Positions 13,941-27,609 of a stretch of DNA of 64,000 nucleotides are shown piece by piece. Position 1 is the first letter of the stretch; each line of letters starts with the position of its first letter. The notes beneath the pieces were generated by a model. The model was not told the origin of the DNA and ran no database searches. It saw nothing but the letters and a program-made list of their open reading frames with translations. The stretch lies in NCBI GenBank assembly GCA_964016885.1, contig OZ024741.1, forward strand, positions 198,834,001 to 198,898,000, given 5' to 3'. This DNA comes from Eledone cirrhosa (lineage: Eukaryota). Position numbers and translations under genes: made by a program.

Positions 13941-14534
13941 TCTATATATATATAAAACTGAGGATGTCTGTCTGTGAGTTTGAATCCCTAAAACTAGAGA
14001 AGTACCCAAATCGACTGTTTTCAAACTTTACACATGTAATACTTATGTTTTAGGGAGTGTTCTGAGCAAAAGAATTTTCAAATTTTCAATGCCCTAGGGA
14101 CTGCATTAGGCGATTTAGCGATCTGTCTCTTTATTATATAATTCTTAGTCTTTCTCTTTTTAGATAGATACATACATATAACATCGCACCCTTATACTAT
14201 CTGTCTGTATGTCTGGCTGTCTGCATGACGTTACTTCCTACAATTCGCTCTGCGTCCAGAACGCGCCCTTATAATATCTGTCTGTATGTCTGGCTGTCTG
14301 CTGCCTCCGGTTATTCTGCCACCTCGGCTCAAGACAAATCTCACACTCATTCCCCAAACAGTTTGTAAGTGCACACAACTTCTTCCGCACGTTTTAAGCC
14401 ACGGTGTTGCTTACTTACGTACCACCAGATCTTTACTTCTTTGCCAGCCGTGGTTGTGGCAATACTAAGCTTAGCTAAGGCGGTTATATATTTCACAATA
14501 CCTTATCCCGTACAACGCCGGGTACCACTGCTAG
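13941..14534 (+). mobile_element. Non-autonomous Helitron inserted at an A|T site inside a PLE terminal repeat
   Basis: A|TCTATATATATATAAAACTG ... CCCGTACAACGCCGGG..CTAG|T, no TSD. The flanks rejoin to match 18470-18610 in reverse complement. Confidence 0.85.
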
Positions 14535-16765
14535 TTGATTATAAAATCGATAATAGTAAGTGATATTAAAAAGAAAAGTTTAATATGGTCTCCTCATTTG
14601 AGTCGAAAAGAAAAAAAAACAAACATAAAAATTCAAAAATACATGTCACTGAAAATAGGGACTACAATACATGTAAAACTTGAAGAATACCTGTCCTTAT
14701 ATTAAAGATGTAAGTAGGATAATTATACATTATAAATCCTAAGAATTTAACCGTTTAAAAAAAAAAAAAATGGAGAACCCGGAAGTAGTTATAACAGAAA
14801 AATAACTAGAGAAATATAATAGGTAATTAAGGATTTAAAAAAATATTTAAAAGAATTAAAAAGGGGTGTTAATAATAATAAGAAAATTATAGATAAAATC
14901 AAAATTAATGATTTAAAATAAGGGGTATATAAAGAATATATTCAAAGAGTGTATAGAAGCAGAAGAAAGGCCAAAGTAGTAATAGTTAACACTAAAAAAA
15001 AAAAATATTATAGGGGGATACTATAGGAAGTGTATTGTAAATAATTGTAAAAATGAGTGAGTTAAAAGGAGTATAGGGGATAAAGGATCAAGAGTATAAA
15101 TGAAAATAATATCATAAATGGAAGTAAAGAAAAAAAATGGTATAAATATAATATGAGTAAAAATAAAATATCAAAAAAGAAAAATAGAATATAAATTAAT
15201 TAGGAAGAAAATTTTAATTAGTTAAAATGTGAAGGTAAGGTTGAAAAGGAATAGTAAAAAAAGGGAAAGGAAAATAGTCAATTTAACTAATGGAATCTAA
15301 GTGGAATCAAAAACCCTGTTGGCGAACAAATATATTAAACGATGATGGCAGTTAATTACAATCTCGCTGCGATCATTTATTGGGCTGAGTTTAGACATAG
15401 TTATGAAATAAGCTTCTGATAAACAGAGATCACATTGCCCTTTACAACCTTTGTAAGGAGAGAATTTAGCTAAGATATCCCAGACTAAAGAGTATTCACT
15501 ATTAAAGAGTTTTAGTGTATTTATATGTCCGGTTAAAGAAGTAGAAAATTTAAATTACTATTCTTAAATGAATGTCTGTGAGAATTAAAACGAGCCTTGA
15601 AAGGGCTAGCAGTAACCCCAATGTATGTTCTTATGTCATTATCGATTTTAACAGTGCATCTATATACTACATTGTTAGTAAGGCATTGACCATTCAGAGG
15701 GCAGTTGTTAGGATTTCTACAATTATAGTTACGGTTAGAAGCGGTAGAGATTGTATGTAAAGGGATAGAATTAGTGGGCATATCATTTGACTGTGAGGTG
15801 ATAGGAGAATTACAAGAAAAACTATTAATTTACCTCTACCACTTAACCATTTATATACGAATAATTCTAAGTGGTAGAGGTAAATTAACAGAAAGGGAGG
15901 CACTATGTTTTTTTAGTTTCTTATGGTTACTGAAAGCAATATCATTGGCCAAGTTAGGGGTAGTAGAGAAAGAAATCTTATCGTTATTAAGTCGATTAAT
16001 ATAAGTTAAGATCTCATCGGGTTTATGATAAGGACGGTAGAGTCCTGTACCTAGATTTTATGGTTAGCCTCAATTGTGATAGAAAGACCAAAGCTTTTAA
16101 AAAATGTATGCAAATGTTTCTTAACAATCTCAATTCTACGTGGGTTAAAGTTATCTACAGTAAATAGAGCATCGTCTCTATATAAGTCTCCTTGCAGAGC
16201 GGGTAAATCCTCCTTTAGCTTGTGTAGGAGGTAAATTCCCACAAAGTCAGTAACTTGTGCAGAGTCACTTGACCCCATAGTGATGTGAAAGTTATCCGGT
16301 CTATTTGCCATAGCCAATAACAACCATTGAACTTTATTATAGTGCGTCTAGCAGTTAATATAATGTCTGTTTTTTCCTTGATAAATCAGTATTAGTACTT
16401 GCTAATATTAGGGCTTTATTAAGTAAAATAGGGGTTATGGAGACATAGTAGCTATCTATGTCAAATTGAATAAATCTAAGATGATTCTTATTCTTAATGC
16501 TAATGAACCAGTCACTAACCTGGTCAGTATTAAGCGAAAGTTTAAAGCAAATTCTGCCTTTCAATTTAGGTATTTTTACAATCAAGGATACACTTACTAA
16601 TTCGACCTACATCACATGTAGAAGGGCTTATAAGTCTATCAGAGAGGTTTTCTAAAAAGTTGCATTTATGGTCTTTCAGAGAAAATCTAGGGGTCATTGG
16701 TTTATAGGGGTCAGTGTATTTATCAATATCTAAATCCTTCACAATGGCCTTAGCTTTATTATTAA

Positions 16766-17500
16766 CTAGCTGCAGTACCCGGTAATATCTGGGAAAGGTG
16801 GGGTTATTCGCAGTTTCCAGAGTGTGCCTGAAAATGCTAACGACCCTGGGTGCCCATACTGGATTTTCAATAGCAACCTTTGCTAGGTGTGTTTATGGTA
16901 GATCAATTTTTTGTGTGGAACTATCAATAACTGTTTAAGTCATAAGTCTTTCTAAACCGGGGAAGTTTGAGCTCGAAGAGTATCGAACATATTCAACAAA
17001 CTTATGTATAAGAATAGCAAACTTACGGCCTTAGCGATCAAGAAAAAACACAGAACAATTATTGAAGTCATCGCAATTATTGAAGAAATTATAACCGAGT
17101 GAACATATTCAGGTATTGTTCAAGCACCCTGTATATCACCGTTTGTAATGCCTTTCGAATGACTGAAGCAATTCAATAAAACCATCCCATTTTCCCCCTA
17201 TAGTAGACATAACCCAAGAAAACACACCATAATAAGTTGGATAAACAATCAGAAGTGTTGGCCCTAAAGAGGGCCTTGTAACGTTCACTGTTGCAAAATG
17301 TCAATAACGGGAGAGAAGTTACATCTTCTTAATTCGTGCTAATCTTCCCATGATCCGACACCTCAAAATATCGACATTCGTCAACATATGATTTGGGTTT
17401 TATTTTTCTGACTAATCTCATAGTAAGCAAACTTCCAGGTAACTTTTTTTAGAACTTATCACCGGTTCCTGCAGTTGACCTTAATGTGACCTAAGCGTGT
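16766..17500 (-). mobile_element. Helitron-like insertion interrupting the PLE RT (3' end clear, 5' end uncertain)
   Basis: Minus strand ends CCCAGATATTACCGGGTACTGCAGCTAG|T, the same hairpin+CTAG pattern as the other two Helitrons. Confidence 0.55.
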
Positions 17501-17542
17501 GCATGTGTTCAGAGTATATATCAGTGGATGTGATATATGTGT

Positions 17543-17875
17543 CATCATCATCATCATTTCATTTTACGTCCACTTTTCCCTGCTTGCAAGGGTGGGACGG
17601 GAACTGATTCTGGCTTGATTTCTACAGCTGGATGCCCTTCCTAACACCAACCTCATTTATCATGAGTGCTGGGTGTTTTTTTTTTTTTGCCGTGGCACCT
17701 CCGCGAATGATAGGGATCCCAGTCCCTATAATCTCATTTCTACAGCTGAGTAAACTGGAGCAACGTGAAATAAAGTGTCTTGCTCAAGGAAACAATACAT
17801 CACCCGGTCTGAGAATTGAACTCACAACCTTTCGATTGCAAAGCCAATGCTCTAACCACTAAGCCATGTGCCTCC

Positions 17876-17878
<3 letters not shown>
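17543..17878 (-). mobile_element. tRNA-derived SINE, family B (CORE/V-like domain, RTE-like tail, (TGA)n end)
   Basis: Head GTGGAGGCACATGGCTTAGTGGTTAGAGC..GAGTTCAATTC; CCTTGAGCAAGACACTT; tail GGAAGGGCATCCAGC..GGACGTAAAATG. Matches the 48574 and 49468 copies. Confidence 0.85.
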
Positions 17879-17971
<93 letters not shown>

Positions 17972-18462
17972 GACTTCTGTTCAGTTGCCAACCAAAATTA
18001 GATTGTCATCTGCTTTGTTTGAAATTTCTTTACGTATATTTCTAATAAGTTATTGCCTCGTTTTGGAGGATTGGGTTGTGGGAGGAGGAAGGGGAGTAGT
18101 GGGAGGGAGGGTTTAACATACAGCAGTAGTATCTCTTCTTCCCCCTCTATCACTGAAGCGTCTTCTCTTTCCTTCTCCATTGTAAAGATGTCCCCAGGGG
18201 TTCCATTATTGATTTTTATTGAAATACAATTAGCCAATCCTGTTTCTGAATATTAGCTTAAATGTGTGTAAAGGTTCATCAGGATCAGAACACTGGTGTA
18301 GGCACCAACTGGTTATACACAGATACACAGACAGACAGGAATTGCAATTTACATAGTAGATTTCATTGAGGGTGGATAAGGTAGTTTTTTTTTGTAATTC
18401 TTGTTAAGTTCTTTAAGGATTAAAGAGTTGTAAGTTGAATTTTTCTATTTATTTTATCTTTT

Positions 18463-18565
18463 TGGCTCCGATGAGGAGACCATATCAAACTTTTCTTTTT
18501 AATATCACTTACTATTATCATTTATAATCGATAATTATCATGGTTCCCGAAACAATTGTCAGTCA
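18463..18565 (+). ncRNA. Type I hammerhead-like motif with U4C core and long loop II
   Basis: UGGCU / CCGAUGA / GGAGACCAU..AUGGUUCCC / GAAA / CAAUUG (palindromic) / UC / AGUCA. Confidence 0.7.
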
Positions 18566-18615
18566 TTGAATATATTTGTTCAAGAATTTGGTATTGTTTT
18601 CTCTAACATTTCATT

Positions 18616-18717
<102 letters not shown>

Positions 18718-18747
18718 TATAGGAATATATACATACAAACATACATA

Positions 18748-19080
18748 CTGATTAATGTTCAGAGCCATCCTCAGCATTCTATGTAGCACCCATCCACCAT
18801 CTGAGTGAGTTTCTTGGTCTGTGTTCAAGTCTGAGACCTGTACAGCAACACAGACTCCACTACAGCAATAAAGAGGCGGATCTTCAGGTCTTTACGAAGG
18901 TCCGACTTCCACACTGATCTCAAGCTGGACACACTGGAAAAGGAAGACCGAGGTTAACATATGTTGATGCCCTAAGGACAGACACTGGTCTGTTGGAGTC
19001 GCAGAACATGGCAGTGATAATGAGGGACAGAGACCGCTGGAGAGAACTCGTCCATGGATCTCGGGAATTTTACCCACCCT
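18748..19080 (+). mobile_element. Short RTE-type LINE insertion with inverted 5' segment
   Basis: 18748-~18930 minus strand: [32 protein letters not shown]. ~18930-19080 plus strand: GRPRLTYVDALRTDTGL..DRDRWRELV, ending in (GATA)n. Confidence 0.7.
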
Positions 19081-19419
19081 AGATAGATAGATAGATACAT
19101 ACATAATACATACATACACACATACACACATATATACATACATACATACATACATTCATACAGGCATGCAGGCATACATACACACAGACATATGCACACA
19201 CACACACACACACACACGCACACATATATGTATTTACGGTGCTAATCCTGGAAAGACCACTAATCAAGGTTATACTCAATGTATAATGAGATGCAGAGTT
19301 GGTATATTTAGGAAGGAAATATTCAAACACGAGCTCCTACAGTTTTTGCAGAAACCGTAGGAGCTCAGAATAAAATATTTTTCTCCTATACACACACACA
19401 CACACACACATATATGCAT

Positions 19420-19900
19420 GTAGGAATAAGAGGGATCAGATGCTGTTTACCTGAGAGAAGATTACGATGGTATGGTCACGTGATGCGCATGAAAGACGAC
19501 AGTTGTATAAAAAAGTGCAGGGCGATCGAAATTGATGGAAGTTACGGAGTAGGTAGACCCAGAAAAACCTGGGACGACATGATAAATTCCAACCTTGCAC
19601 ACTTGCATCTCTCTGAGACAATGTCACTGGATCAAGATCTTTGGCGCTACGCAGTAAAACAGAAGACCTGCCTTCCCTACGTGCAAAGTTAACCTATAGT
19701 CAGTAGGCCCCTCCAAACCAAATATACACCCCCAACCCACTACCCCTACTCTATCCTCCCACTCCCACCAACACCTCCCTTTCTCTATAAAGTTATGTTC
19801 GAACCACAACATCCAGTTCAAACTAATGAGGTTGTGTAGGTGTCACGACAAAAAAACCACACAGTCCATGCTGTAATGTGGTCATGTAGGTAACACGGTA
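19420..19900 (+). mobile_element. RTE LINE 3' fragment
   Basis: RRLRWYGHVMRM..GRPRKTW. Confidence 0.8.
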
Positions 19901-19992
19901 AAATTATGCTAATAGTAGTAAAATGATTAAACATAAAGATACTGAAGATATTAATAATAGTAAAAATAATAATAATGATGAAAACAATAACA

Positions 19993-20727
19993 GTAATTGT
20001 TTCTACTTTTGGCACAAGGCCAGCAATTACCCCAGTACATTACTGGTGCTTTATTTTATCGACCCCGTAAGGGTGAAAGGCAAAGTTAACCTCGGTGGGA
20101 TTTGAACTGAAATCGTAAAGGGCCGTAACTCTATGCTGCAAAGCATGGCATCCAACCCTCTACTGATTCTGCAAATCCATAGGGTCAAGGCAAACAACTT
20201 TGTGGGAGAGGAAAGCTGATTAAATCGATCTCAGTGTGCTACTAGTACTTTGTTTCATTGACCTTGTACAGTTTAAAGGTCAAGCCAATCCTGGCGGGAT
20301 TTGAACTCAGAATGTAAAGGGCCGTAACTCTATATCACAAAGCATGTTTGATGCTTCACTGACACTGTTAATCCACCGTAATAATAATTGTTTCCACTTT
20401 TGACACAAGGCCAGTAATTACCCAGTGCATTACTGGTACTTTATTTTATTGACCCCCGTAAGGATGAAAGGCAAAGTTAACCTCGATTTGATTTGAACTC
20501 AGACCGCAAAGGGACGTAACTCATTGCTGCAAAGCATGGCGTCTGACCCTTTACCGATACAGCCAATCCCCCGCCATAATAATAATAATATCAAAAATGG
20601 TAATAATACTAGCAATTATAATAATAAATAATTGTTTCTACTTTAGGCACAAGGCCAGCAATTACCCAGTGCATTACTGGTACTTTATTTTATCGACCCC
20701 GTAAGGATGAAAGGCAAAGTCAACCTC
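19993..20727 (-). mobile_element. Cluster of four co-oriented SINE A copies or fragments
   Basis: AATTGTTTC(T/C)ACTTT..CACAAGGCCAG starts at ~19995, 20386 and 20630, plus a diverged copy at 20200-20380. Confidence 0.85.
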
Positions 20728-20912
20728 GAATAAATAATAATAGGCTAATACTAATAAGCAAGGTAAATATTTTTGGAGTAAAGACTAAGGTTGGACTAAT
20801 CGTTGAAATCATAAGTATGTGCTGACTGGTGCGGGTGTATGCATTAATGAAAACATAAAGTATGAAAATTATACACACATATACATACCACCATGTATGT
20901 ACATACACATAC

Positions 20913-21410
20913 ATCATCATCATCAGCAGCATTTTACGTGCTTTTCCCTGCTTGCAAGGGTGGGACGGGTCCTATTCAACACAGCATCTCTCCATTCGTC
21001 ACGGTCCTTCGTCATCTCCTCTGTGAGCTTCAGTGATCTGAGGTCAGCTCTCACCACCTCCACCCGTGATTGTCGTGGTCTTCCTCTACTGTGTCTTCCT
21101 TTTACTGAGATTTCTTGGCACTTCTTTACCCAGCGGTCATCCTCCATGTGCATCACATGTCCATACCAACACAGTCTTCTCTCTCGCACACTACAGTTTA
21201 TCCCTCTTATACACAGTTTCACTCTCAACTCATCTATGCTTGGTCGTTCACACACATTGACATTGCACATCCACCTATGCTTGCTTCATTTCCCTCCTGC
21301 TGTTGCATATCCTCAGCAGTTGCTGCCCATGTTTCACTACAATGCAGCATTGCGCATCTTACACAGGCATCATATAACTGGCCTTTCATTCATAAGGAGA
21401 AACCCTTCTT
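20913..21410 (-). mobile_element. RTE LINE 3' fragment with (TGA)n tail
   Basis: RRLCWYGHVMHM..GRPRQS..DRDEWRDAV. Confidence 0.85.
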
Positions 21411-21729
21411 TGTACATGTGTATATGTGTACATGTGTACATGTGTATATGTGTATATATATACATGCATATATATATACACATATACACATGTACACACA
21501 TAAATACATATACATTTATATATACACCTATATTTTCATATATATATACATATACACATACACACACACATGCATATATATATAAATTGAGTATAAAGTT
21601 TGATTGTTCTTAGCTACTACATCATGACATATATTGTCTGCATAGTGTCCATACTATCTGTTAAGATATAATGTTAGACTGTAATATAAAAATGTTTTAT
21701 ACAGTTTATCTTTATAGCCTCAGATTTTT

Positions 21730-23450
21730 TTGTTTAAAATACATTTGTTGATGTAAAGGATTTCCAGGGCTTCTGTGGCACAAAGATCACAAGGTCTTTT
21801 ATTTCCATTATAAGATCTACTCCCAGTGTAATCTATACAGGATGTTATTGTCTTTTAAACTCCAGATTTAGGTCGAAAGTGAAGTCACATTTCTTCTTGA
21901 AGGGTTTTGAAATGAATGAGAGTGCATGTATAAATGCTGCTTAAATCTATTGGCAGTTAACCTATGTAAGACTTACTAGTCATGGTTGTATCAACCTTAC
22001 ATTTATAAACTATATTGTTTGATAGTCATTTCCTGGCTAGAGGGAAGTGTTCCTTAGTGATACAATTGCAGCTAGAACTAAGTTCAGGATTGTTTGTATT
22101 ATTACACCTATGTAATTTAGCTAGGTTCAATGCAGCAATATTGTGTGCGAGGTTGAGAGTTGTGGAATAGGATATTTTAACTGTGTTTCTATTAAAATTC
22201 TTGTGATATTTATGTGCTAGGAGGAAATGCTTTCTAATTAAAGTAAGGAAAGTTTTAGCTACTGGTGTGGCCACTTCCATATTATAATGCGCCAGGATCT
22301 AGTTTTCTTAGTTTTATGCTATTTTATCTAGAAATATTCTCCAAGCTAGAGCTTCATTGTAACATGAAGAATGATCAGTGAAAATATGCTTATTAGCTGA
22401 TAAACAAGAAAGTCTCAATGAAATGTTTTTGACCAGATTTTTAGTTATGCTGACTGGATGGTTAGAATGCTTACTAATGTAATTTAACATATTTGGCTTT
22501 TTATACGGGTAGTACAGGCCATTCGACATATTGAGTGTCACATCAAGGAAATTCAGTACAGATAGGTTGGCGTCAACTTGAATGGAAAAGTTGAAAACTT
22601 TAAAGAAAGCAATAAGCTCCTTTCTAAACCTATCGATAACTTGGAGTCTGCACTTATTCATAATCAAAAAGCCATTATCATGGTACAGACCCTACCTACA
22701 TTGAGGAATTCACCCTTGATAGAAAAAAGTAAAAATAGACCAATAAGGTCTGTGACCTCTGCCAAATCACTGGAAACCATGCACACATCGAAGGGGGTAA
22801 TATTTGATTTCTTAAGCTAAAATAGAGTTGTCAATATTTGTCACAGACTTACAAGCATTCAAGATGACATCAATTTCAAAATCCTTTATCTCTATGAGCG
22901 TTTTGGCGCAATTAATATCCCTAAGAAGGAGTGGTGAGGTGATAGAAGAATAATAGTTGTTGATGTCGAAATGGATAAAGCCACTCTGTTCCTTGTTATG
23001 TATGCCCCTAAACCAATTAATCACAATGAAAAAATTATTCCACAAGGCTAAAGGGGCTATATCTCTAATTTCTATCTAATTCTATCTAAAATTCTTTTAC
23101 TAAGTCTACCTCAAGCAGACTTAGTGGGGTTAATAAGCTGAATAGATAGGTTGTTATCAAGATTGAGTTTATAAACCTTCAGAGTAAAATGAGGAGTAAC
23201 AGGGTTCAAGGAATCAGTCTGGTCCTGGATATTTAGTTCTGAAGTGATATTTAAACCAGTGCTGTTGATATCGTTAATTACACTCTGGCCATTTATTGTA
23301 AGTTTTAAATCCAAACCTTTCCTGGGTGGTTGAAATAGAAGACATGCCAACGCATCCTTTTTAGGAAAGAACCAGTTTTTTGGATGTGCATTTTCAAGTA
23401 TGTCTTCCTGTTTGGTACCAGAATATTTTTTGTAGAAATATTTAAGTTTT
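21730..23450 (-). pseudogene. Degraded Neptune-type PLE RT + GIY-YIG
   Basis: LINPTKS, FIHFDINNYYSSI, NFLDVTLN..YISKHSNHP, FNRNTVKISYSTT..CNC; many stops and frameshifts. Confidence 0.85.
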
Positions 23451-23904
23451 GTTTCTATATAGTAGTTTTAAGTCTGAAGAAGGCTCTACTGAAGGAGCCA
23501 GATAGTAGTAATAATGATAAATACAAAAACCAAAATCCAGAGAGGACTTGATAAGGGTTGTATATATATATATATAAATATATATAAACCCGTAGAGAAA
23601 ATATTTATCATTAGCACAGATTAAAAGTTTAAGCAACTAATTTCTGCTTTCTTTCAAAGTGGGATCTTCTGAAACTGAAAAATATCAATCTGTGGATTCA
23701 GAAGTAAATATTTCAAAAACATTCAAAATAAGTTCATACATACATACTATTCTGTCTCAATTTCCTTCCAAGTTATACAGTGTATGTACAGAATTTCAAA
23801 TGATTCTACCTAGATAACTATACCAGGTAACAATGGAATAATCCCTATCTACATTCCTTGTACAAACGCATACTAGTAGGGAAAGATGCCAACATCTGAG
23901 CAGT

Positions 23905-24093
23905 CAGTGGATTGGCAGTATCGGTAGAGGGTCGGACGCCATGCTTTGCAGCAAAGAGTTACGGCCCTTTATAGTCTGAGTTCAAATCCCGCCGAGGTTA
24001 ACTTTGCCTTTCATCCTTACAGGGTCGATAAAATAAAGTACCAGTAATACACTGGAATAATTGCTGGCCTTGTGCCAAAAGTAAAAACAATTA
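23905..24093 (+). mobile_element. SINE family A
   Basis: GTGGATTGGCAGTATCGGTAGAGG..GTTCAAATCCCGCCGAGG..AAACAATTAT. Confidence 0.85.
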
Positions 24094-25483
24094 TTGCTAT
24101 AACAGCTACATTTTCCTCAAATCCCAACACTCTACTCTCTTAACCCTTTTGTTGCCACATTTCTCAGGAAAGATACTGTATATGATTTTCAAATAATTTT
24201 GAAAATAAAAATTTGAAAAAATTTAGTAATATAACAAAGAAGTATAATGAAAGGTTTTTAAAAAGCTATAAATGCATTAAAATAGTTTAGTATCTTAGAA
24301 CCAGGAGCAGTGTCAGGCTGTTTGGTATTAAAAGGAAGAACACATTTGACATTGGAATTTTGGTATAAGCACCCTGTAACTTTTTAAAATCTTTATAGGC
24401 TTTTTTCCCTGTAAATTTCTTCTGATTTCTGTGTATCAAATATTAGAGATTATTATTCTGCAAAAACACACAATTACTGGCTCACATAGATTACATTCAC
24501 TCATTAAAAAAAAAAGGCATTTATCTACAGTATTTAACCATTTGGCAGCTAGTGAGCACATCAAGTTAAAAACCTTTCATATGGTGTAATAACCAGTTTA
24601 GTATGTTATGTATAAGTCAACTGACTAAAATGTTTACATTTCCAATATAGTGAGAAATGGGTGTAGGATTTTTGTATTTCATTTTATGCATGACTAATCA
24701 CAGATGGTCAGTTCCCTCTGAATATAAATAGAACTCTGCTGCATAGTATATTGAGACTAATAAACCTGCAAAACAATTTTAAAGTATTCCATCACTGCTA
24801 GCTTTACAATAATATAAAAGTCAAATATTTTCTATGAATAAAATAAGAGTTAAATATATTTATGTGATATGAAAATTTACAGAATCAGATTTTTTCCTGT
24901 TATTTATTGATAAAAACAACAAGCATTTTTCAAATATATGTCTTTATTTCTTTTAGTTTTTATATAATTGCTTATTGATATATTTTGCTACTGAAAATAG
25001 CAACTACATCATGTTTGCTGGTGATTGCCATAAGCCATATGGCTGTAGCGAGTTCCCGCAGTATTTTGCTTTTATGTAGAAATAAATAGGGTTGTTGTTT
25101 AGACCTAGGTCAGCCCTGATTCAGCAGACATATCATCAAAAGTATTTCAGCCATTCCATTCATTATCTTTTACAAGCATCTAGAACTGCAATGTCAATGT
25201 GTACTTTCTTTTTAAGACAGTGGAATGTAATAGGAGGGAGATTTAACTGTTGTTTCTAGCAGGTTGAGTGGCCACATAGAGGCTCCCCTTACATTGGTGG
25301 AACTCTTTCTTCAAATAACCACAACAGAATCTGAAACTAGCATACTAATTCAAACAAGTAAAATAATCACAAATTAAACAGTGCTCCCAAGTACTGGGAT
25401 TAATTTCATTGATTTTCCCTTTCCCTTAAATGTTCTGCCTTGTGCCTAGATTAGAAGCCATTATTTATCTTAGTATAAGATAA

Positions 25484-25672
25484 GGGCGGTGGATTGGCAG
25501 TATCGGTAGAGGGTCGGACGCCATGCTTTCCAGCATAGTTACGTCCCTTTACGATCTGAGTTCAAATCCCGCCGAGGTTGACTTTGCCTTTCATCCTTAC
25601 GGGGTCGATAAAATAAAGTACCAGTAATGCACTGGGTAATTGCTGGCCTTGTGTCTAAAGTAGAAACAATTA
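25484..25672 (+). mobile_element. SINE family A with TSD
   Basis: Full head to tail; ATTATTTATCTTAGTAT duplicated on both sides. Confidence 0.88.
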
Positions 25673-25770
25673 TTTATCTTAGTATTATACATGCCCAGTG
25701 TGTTTAAATTCCACAAAACTATTTAAATAAGTAAGTTAATGATATTTTTGGTCTCTAATATATGTGTGCC

Positions 25771-25771
<1 letters not shown>

Positions 25772-25806
<35 letters not shown>

Positions 25807-26688
25807 CAGTTTTACGTCCCTTTTTCCACACTAGCATGGGTTAGATGAGTTGTCCTGTTGTGGGCAATGCTAGGTCAGGTGACCATGTCTGGCTCATACA
25901 GAACTAATTTTGGCTTGTTTCTACAGCTAGATGCCTTTCCTAACGTCAACTTTACAGTGAGTACTGGGTGCTTTTTATCATGACACCTACATGACCACTT
26001 TACAGTGTGGGCTGGGCATCTTTTGCTGTGTCACCGGCATGACGACTTTGCAGTGTGGGATGGAGCTTCACTGGATGAATACTTCAGCCTGTCCTCATGG
26101 GAAATGTATGGAAGGGTGGGAGGGGTGGCGCATACTGTATATATGCTTCAGCTTTGGCCTATGCCTGTGGGAAGTTAGGTCTTCTCTATTACTGCTTAAT
26201 GCCAGAGATCTTGATCCTTTGAGAGGTGCAATTGGGCAAAGTCAGCTTTTATCATCTCATCCCAAGTCTTCCTGGGTCTCCCCACTCCAAGTCTTCTATT
26301 GACTTTGAGTGCTCTGCACCTTTTTATGCAGCTGTCATCCTTCATATGCATCACATGTCCATACCAACATAATCTCCTCTCTTGCACACAGCATTTGATC
26401 CTCTTATGCCTAGTTTCTCTCTCAGTTCGTTTATGCTTTACTGTTCACATATTACTATTACACATCCATTGGAGCTTGCAAACTTCATTTCTTTCCAATC
26501 TACACAAGTCTTCTGCTCACAGCACCCACGTCTCACTACCATGCAACATTGCTGTTCGTATGCATGCATCATACAGTGTGCCTTTCATTTTGAGGGAAAA
26601 GCTTTTTGTAAGCTAGCAGTGGTAGTAGCTCTCTGAACTTCTTCCATCCTGTTCTTTCTCTGTATACTCTACTTTCAGAACACCCACC

Positions 26689-26746
<58 letters not shown>

Positions 26747-27350
26747 TAAATCATTAAATATATACGTATATATATACTTCTTCCTGTCCTTATCCTAGAT
26801 ACTATGGCCTCGAAGCATCCTTCTCCCTTGCTAATTTGATCACCTAGATATCGGAACCACCTCTATAAATCCTACCTGCATTTGAAAAATGTGCCTATCA
26901 CTGACACTTCTACTAACAATTTTCCCTGAAAATTTACTACATACAAAGTTTTCCTTTCCTGTTAGTTTGTCTGCTATCCCACTGCACCTCTTGTGTACCC
27001 AAGATTTGCATTGTGTACATTCTATAGAGTTTATGTCAACTCCTTTCCTACATATCGAGCATGGCCATTTCCCTGATGGAATCAGAGTCTTGTCCTCTTC
27101 CTTACTTATCAACACTTTAGTCTTTGCTAGGTTCACTCTCAGTCCTCTTGATTCCAACAGCTGTTTCCATAATCGGAATTTATCCTCTAGTTCCTCTACT
27201 GATTCTGCAATAAGAACCAGATCGTCAGGAAAGAGAAGTTGCCATGGGCATCCAGTCTTAAACTCCTCTGTTATGGCTTGGAGGACTATAATGAACAAGA
27301 GCGGGCTGAGGACCGAACCCTGATGTACTCCTACTTGTATCTGGAATTCA
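25772..27350 (-). mobile_element. 5'-truncated RTE LINE (same group as 4967-8000), interrupted by (TA)n
   Basis: GVHQGSVLSPLLF, PDDLVL, KWPCSICRKG..HKRC, RLCWYGH; (TGA)n tail. Confidence 0.88.
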
Positions 27351-27544
27351 ACAACCAACAACTTAACCAACAACTTAATTTATAAAATAATTTCTTTTAA
27401 GAAAAATAATTTTTTTTCTTATCCAGAAAAAAATTCTTTTGGGATTTTGTGAAGAAAATAAATTTGTTGAAAGCACAAGTGAAGCCATTTTTTTCTTCCC
27501 TGCTGTCTTGATATACCTAACTGTACCAAGGATTACACACATTT

Positions 27545-27601
<57 letters not shown>

Positions 27602-27609
27602 TATATATA

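Larger units (their letters stand above)
13839..18610 (-). mobile_element. Degraded Neptune-type PLE with inverted terminal repeats (13839-~14610 / ~18460-18610) and nested insertions
   Basis: RT pieces FIQFDIDSYY (16355-16585) and MGSSDSAQV..LYRDDAL (16051-16323); GIY-YIG NCRNPNNCPLNGQCL..VVY..YIGVT..FKARFNSH (15533-15781). Confidence 0.85.
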
